Source: Octopus sinensis (taxonomy: Eukaryota). From it: a DNA stretch of 13,614 nucleotides. The translations under genes and the position numbers were made by a program. This document shows, piece after piece, positions 10,943 to 13,614 of the stretch. The DNA lies in assembly GCF_006345805.1 (NCBI RefSeq), contig NW_021826055.1, forward strand, positions 1 through 13,614, written 5' to 3'. The notes below the pieces were generated by a model, which was given only the letters and a program-made list of their open reading frames with translations, ran no database searches and had not been told where the DNA came from. The number at the start of each line of letters is the position of its first letter. The first letter of the stretch is position 1.

Positions 10943-11173
10943 GGCGGCGAGCTGGTAGAATCGTTAGCACGCCGGGCGAAATACGTAGTCGTATTTCGTC
11001 TGTCGTTACGTTGTGAGTTCAAATTCCGCAGAGGTTGACTTTGCCTTTCATCCTTTCGGGGTCGATAAATAAAGTACCAGTTTCGCACTGGGGTCGACGT
11101 AATCGAATTAATCCCTTTGTTTGTCCTTGTTTGTCCCCTCTATGTTTAGCCCCTTGTGGGTAGTAAAGAAATA
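10943..11173 (+). mobile_element. Full-length, young-looking tRNA-derived SINE
   Basis: Head ggcggcgagctggtagaatcgttagc with A-box-like TGGTAGAATCG and B-box-like GAGTTCAAATTCC (11015-11027). Central segment gttgactttgcctttcatcctttcggggtcgataaataaagtaccag. Ends in gtaaagaaata abutting (TAC)n. Several diverged copies in the window confirm it is an interspersed repeat. Confidence 0.9.

Positions 11174-11216
<43 letters not shown>
11174..11216. repeat. (TAC)n microsatellite, about 14 units
   Basis: Direct reading; lies between the two oppositely oriented SINEs. Confidence 0.95.
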
Positions 11217-11217
<1 letters not shown>

Positions 11218-11428
11218 ATTTCTCACTGAGGGGTCATATATATTTTGCAAGAAGACAGTCGGTTATGTCAGCGTCAGCCACTTAAACTGGTTCTTATTTC
11301 ATCGACCCTGGAAGAAAGAAAAGTAAAGGTTGAACTGGGTGGGATTTGACCTCGGAACATAAGTAAGCAGACACGAAATATTACAAGGTAGTTTGTTTGA
11401 CGCGCGAACGCTTCTGCCAATTTATTCC
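11217..11428 (-). mobile_element. Diverged copy of the same SINE superfamily in inverted orientation
   Basis: Reverse complement reads ttggcagaagcgttcgcgcgtc...atatttcgtg...gaggtcaaatcccaccc...ttccagggtcgatgaaataagaaccagttt...gacataaccgact, colinear with the 10943 copy. Confidence 0.8.
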
Positions 11429-11648
11429 CAACAACTACAACAGCAGCAACAACAACAACATCGACAAGAACAAGAACAACAACAACAAGATAATAATAAT
11501 AATTATAATGATAATAATAATGATAATGATAATAATAATAATATTAACAATAATAGTAATAATAATAATGATAATGATGATGATAATAATAATAATAATA
11601 GTAATAATAATAATGATAATAATAATAATAACGATAATAATAATAATG

Positions 11649-11697
<49 letters not shown>

Positions 11698-11725
11698 TAA
11701 TAATAATAATAATAATAATAATAAT
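11429..11725. repeat. (AAC)n grading into a long (AAT/GAT)n microsatellite
   Basis: AAC/AAG units 11429-11487, then about 240 nt of AAT with GAT/AAC/AGT variants. Confidence 0.95.
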
Positions 11726-11994
11726 TGGGATCTTAAGCAGTTGTGGTCGTTGAAAAAGGTAGCAGTAGTGCCATAAATTGTCGGAGCCCTAGGAACAGTG
11801 AGCAAAAGGGGCTGCCTTAATGGTGGAGCACTTGCAGAAAACAGCACTGCTTGGAACCGCTCGAATACTCCGGAAGGTGCTCGAAAAATAAGAGGTGTTA
11901 CCTTAGTTCACTGATAGTGAACGGCTGATACTGTGGTACATCTCCAGCTATAGAAGCTGTGGAAAGGCAATGATAATAATAACAACAATAATAA
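11726..11994 (+). mobile_element. 5'-truncated R4/Dong-like non-LTR retrotransposon (RLE-type ORF C-terminus, 3' UTR and AAT tail)
   Basis: WDLKQLWSLKKVAVVP*IVGALGTVSK (11726-11806), then +1 frame VEHLQKTALLGTARILRKVLEK* (11823-11891). This matches the recalled R4-clade C-terminal signature (VxPxVxGALG...LQKxALLGTARILRxVL). About 80-nt 3' UTR with hairpin GTTCACT-gat-AGTGAAC (11906-11922), then an (AAT/AAC)n tail from about 11969. Confidence 0.85.
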
Positions 11995-12013
11995 AAGAAC
12001 ACAAGTTTGGTTT

Positions 12014-12103
12014 AAAATTTACTACAGCTGTTTCGATGGCATTTTTCTGATGTGTCCATAGATTACATCATAGAATAAAACCACCATCCTCAGGCAAAAT
12101 TTT
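12014..12103 (-). ncRNA. Type I hammerhead ribozyme motif
   Basis: Minus strand: AAAAUUUUGC-CUGAGGA-U-GGUGGU...GCCAUC-GAAA-CAGCUG-UA-GUAAAUUUU. Core CUGAGGA at 12093-12087, GAAA at 12034-12031, GUA triplet at 12025-12023. Helices I, II and III can all be drawn by hand. Confidence 0.75.
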
Positions 12104-12424
12104 GAACACGTACAAACACGCTAGGTAAACCTAGAAGTTGACTCGTTAACTAGATAACATGATGAACACTCTTCATTATCATGTGCGGACCGTTTAACAT
12201 GTGTCTGAGATGTATAAAGATTAACAACAACAACAACAACCACAGCCACAAGTGATGGTGTAGCACTGCTAACACAGTAGAGCACAGTAGTGACTTATTA
12301 AATCGTTTAATATATTCTGTATTATATTATGGCTGCATAATGAAATACGGCGTCCCTACAGGTCATTAGCAATAACAACTATTTTTAGCATCGGCTCATG
12401 GTCTGCAAATATTAACAGGTGAGA

Positions 12425-12508
12425 AGTGGTCGATGCTATTTATCTTGCTACTTAAGTGCTACATTTTACCCCACCCCTAATGGATGACGGTGAAGTTGAC
12501 TTGGAATG
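12425..12508 (-). mobile_element. Old fragment of the 10943-type SINE central segment
   Basis: Reverse complement caagtcaacttcaccgtcatccattaggggtggggtaaaatgtagcac...gcatcgacc resembles gaggttgactttgcctttcatcctttcggggtcgataaataaagtac...aatcgaat. Confidence 0.55.
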
Positions 12509-12559
12509 ATAAGATGCACCTCTATAACTTTGAGGTAAGAAGCTCGCTTTACAATGAAT

Positions 12560-12608
12560 TTGGCCACGTGTTTTCTTCTATAGCTTCGGACCGAGCGAAT
12601 TTGGTAGC
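12560..12608 (+). mobile_element. Possible short fragment of a third SINE family
   Basis: ttggccacgtgttttcttctatagcttcggaccga...gaatttggtag resembles an octopus repeat recalled as gggcaagtgtcttctactatagcctcgggccgacc...ggatttggtagac. Memory only; no second copy in the window. Confidence 0.35.
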
Positions 12609-12854
12609 ACTCCTTTATCTAAAAACATAGATAGCGCTGCTCCGGGACACCCTAAAAAAAAAAAGCGGCGGACGCTCTGTTCTGTGGTACACACCTCGCT
12701 TCTCACTCCCGAGTTCATTTGTGAGATTTAGAAAAACTGAAGGACCGCTGCAATAAGTGTGAATCTGAGAGGGGAATAAGTTGAATAAAATCATAATTAA
12801 CTGATCCTCTTGTATTTTCCTTTACTCAAACCAGAAACTTTTCAGCATCTCTTT

Positions 12855-12932
12855 CTCTCGTATGTGTGTATGTGTGTGTGTGTGTGTATGTGTGTTTGTA
12901 CACACACACACGCACACACATATACATATATA

Positions 12933-13005
<73 letters not shown>

Positions 13006-13035
13006 CTGTCTATCTATCTATCTGTCTATCTATAC
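12855..13035. repeat. Compound (TG)n-(CA)n-(TCTG)n-(TCTA)n microsatellite
   Basis: (TCTG)n about 12933-12974 grading into (TCTA)n to about 13033. Confidence 0.95.
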
Positions 13036-13614
13036 AGTTTACTTTTCAATTTGGTTTGAAATATTTTGTATGTTAATTTGTGTGTTGAAATAAACCTCGG
13101 ACAGACTAAGGTCAGACCTTGAAAAAAAAGGAGTGAATTCATTGAAGAGGTCACGGCGGCGACGAAACTACTTTGTCTAACAAACGACGGAGGAATGATT
13201 GCTTAAGCAGCTCATTAAACAAACGACCAATTAGTTAGTTGGTCTGATATTTAACCAATTGACGAACAATAAAGAAGTGATATTGAGCCAGCGCGTGTGT
13301 TTATTATTGTTGGCGTAATGAGCCTCTCAAAGCATAGATTCCCCCCCCCCCCCACATACATATACACTTATGTATCTACATATAACTCCCCAACAAAAAA
13401 AGCAAACAAACAAACAAAACTAAATACATTTCGGTAAACATCGAAAAGTAACAAAAAAAAAAAAACCCGGCATATTTTGTGTTTGCAAATAGTAACTAAA
13501 ATGGCTTCTGTACGAAGTTATTGTTTCGTGTACAAACATATACACATGCATATACGAACGCTCCTCCCCGTAACATCAGCACATACATATATATACACGC
13601 ATCTACACACATGT

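Noticed and set aside
13142-13185. Hammerhead-like string TTGAAGA-G-GTC...GAC-GAAAC-tacttt-GTC on the + strand
   Set aside because: C3 is replaced by U, helix II is only 3 bp, helix III is not palindromic and helix I has a single pair; chance or long-dead motif.
1-13614. CRISPR array, operon or other prokaryotic system
   Set aside because: No regularly spaced repeats with unique spacers and no gene-dense coding DNA; the window is repeat-rich eukaryotic sequence.

Overview
AT-rich (non-bacterial) eukaryotic DNA dominated by compound microsatellites (TA, CA/TG, CT, AAT, AAC, TAC, TCTG/TCTA). The repeat landscape and SINE sequences point to an octopod cephalopod (inference from recalled SINE families; no search run). 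No host gene, tRNA or rRNA can be supported, and nearly all ORF-track entries are translations of microsatellites. The unique DNA between the microsatellites is mostly decayed retroelements. These are an RTE-clade LINE fragment (4055-4250), an OR-like tRNA-derived SINE head (4259-4447), and two same-strand Penelope-like relics with RT and GIY-YIG motifs (6150-7040, 7770-8720). There are also five to six copies of a second tRNA-derived SINE at very different ages, and a 5'-truncated R4/Dong-like element inside an (AAT)n tract (11726-11994). The most notable signal is a type I hammerhead ribozyme motif on the minus strand (12014-12103). It has an intact catalytic core, an extended helix II and a palindromic minimal helix III, and lies about 20 nt from the tail of the Dong-like element.
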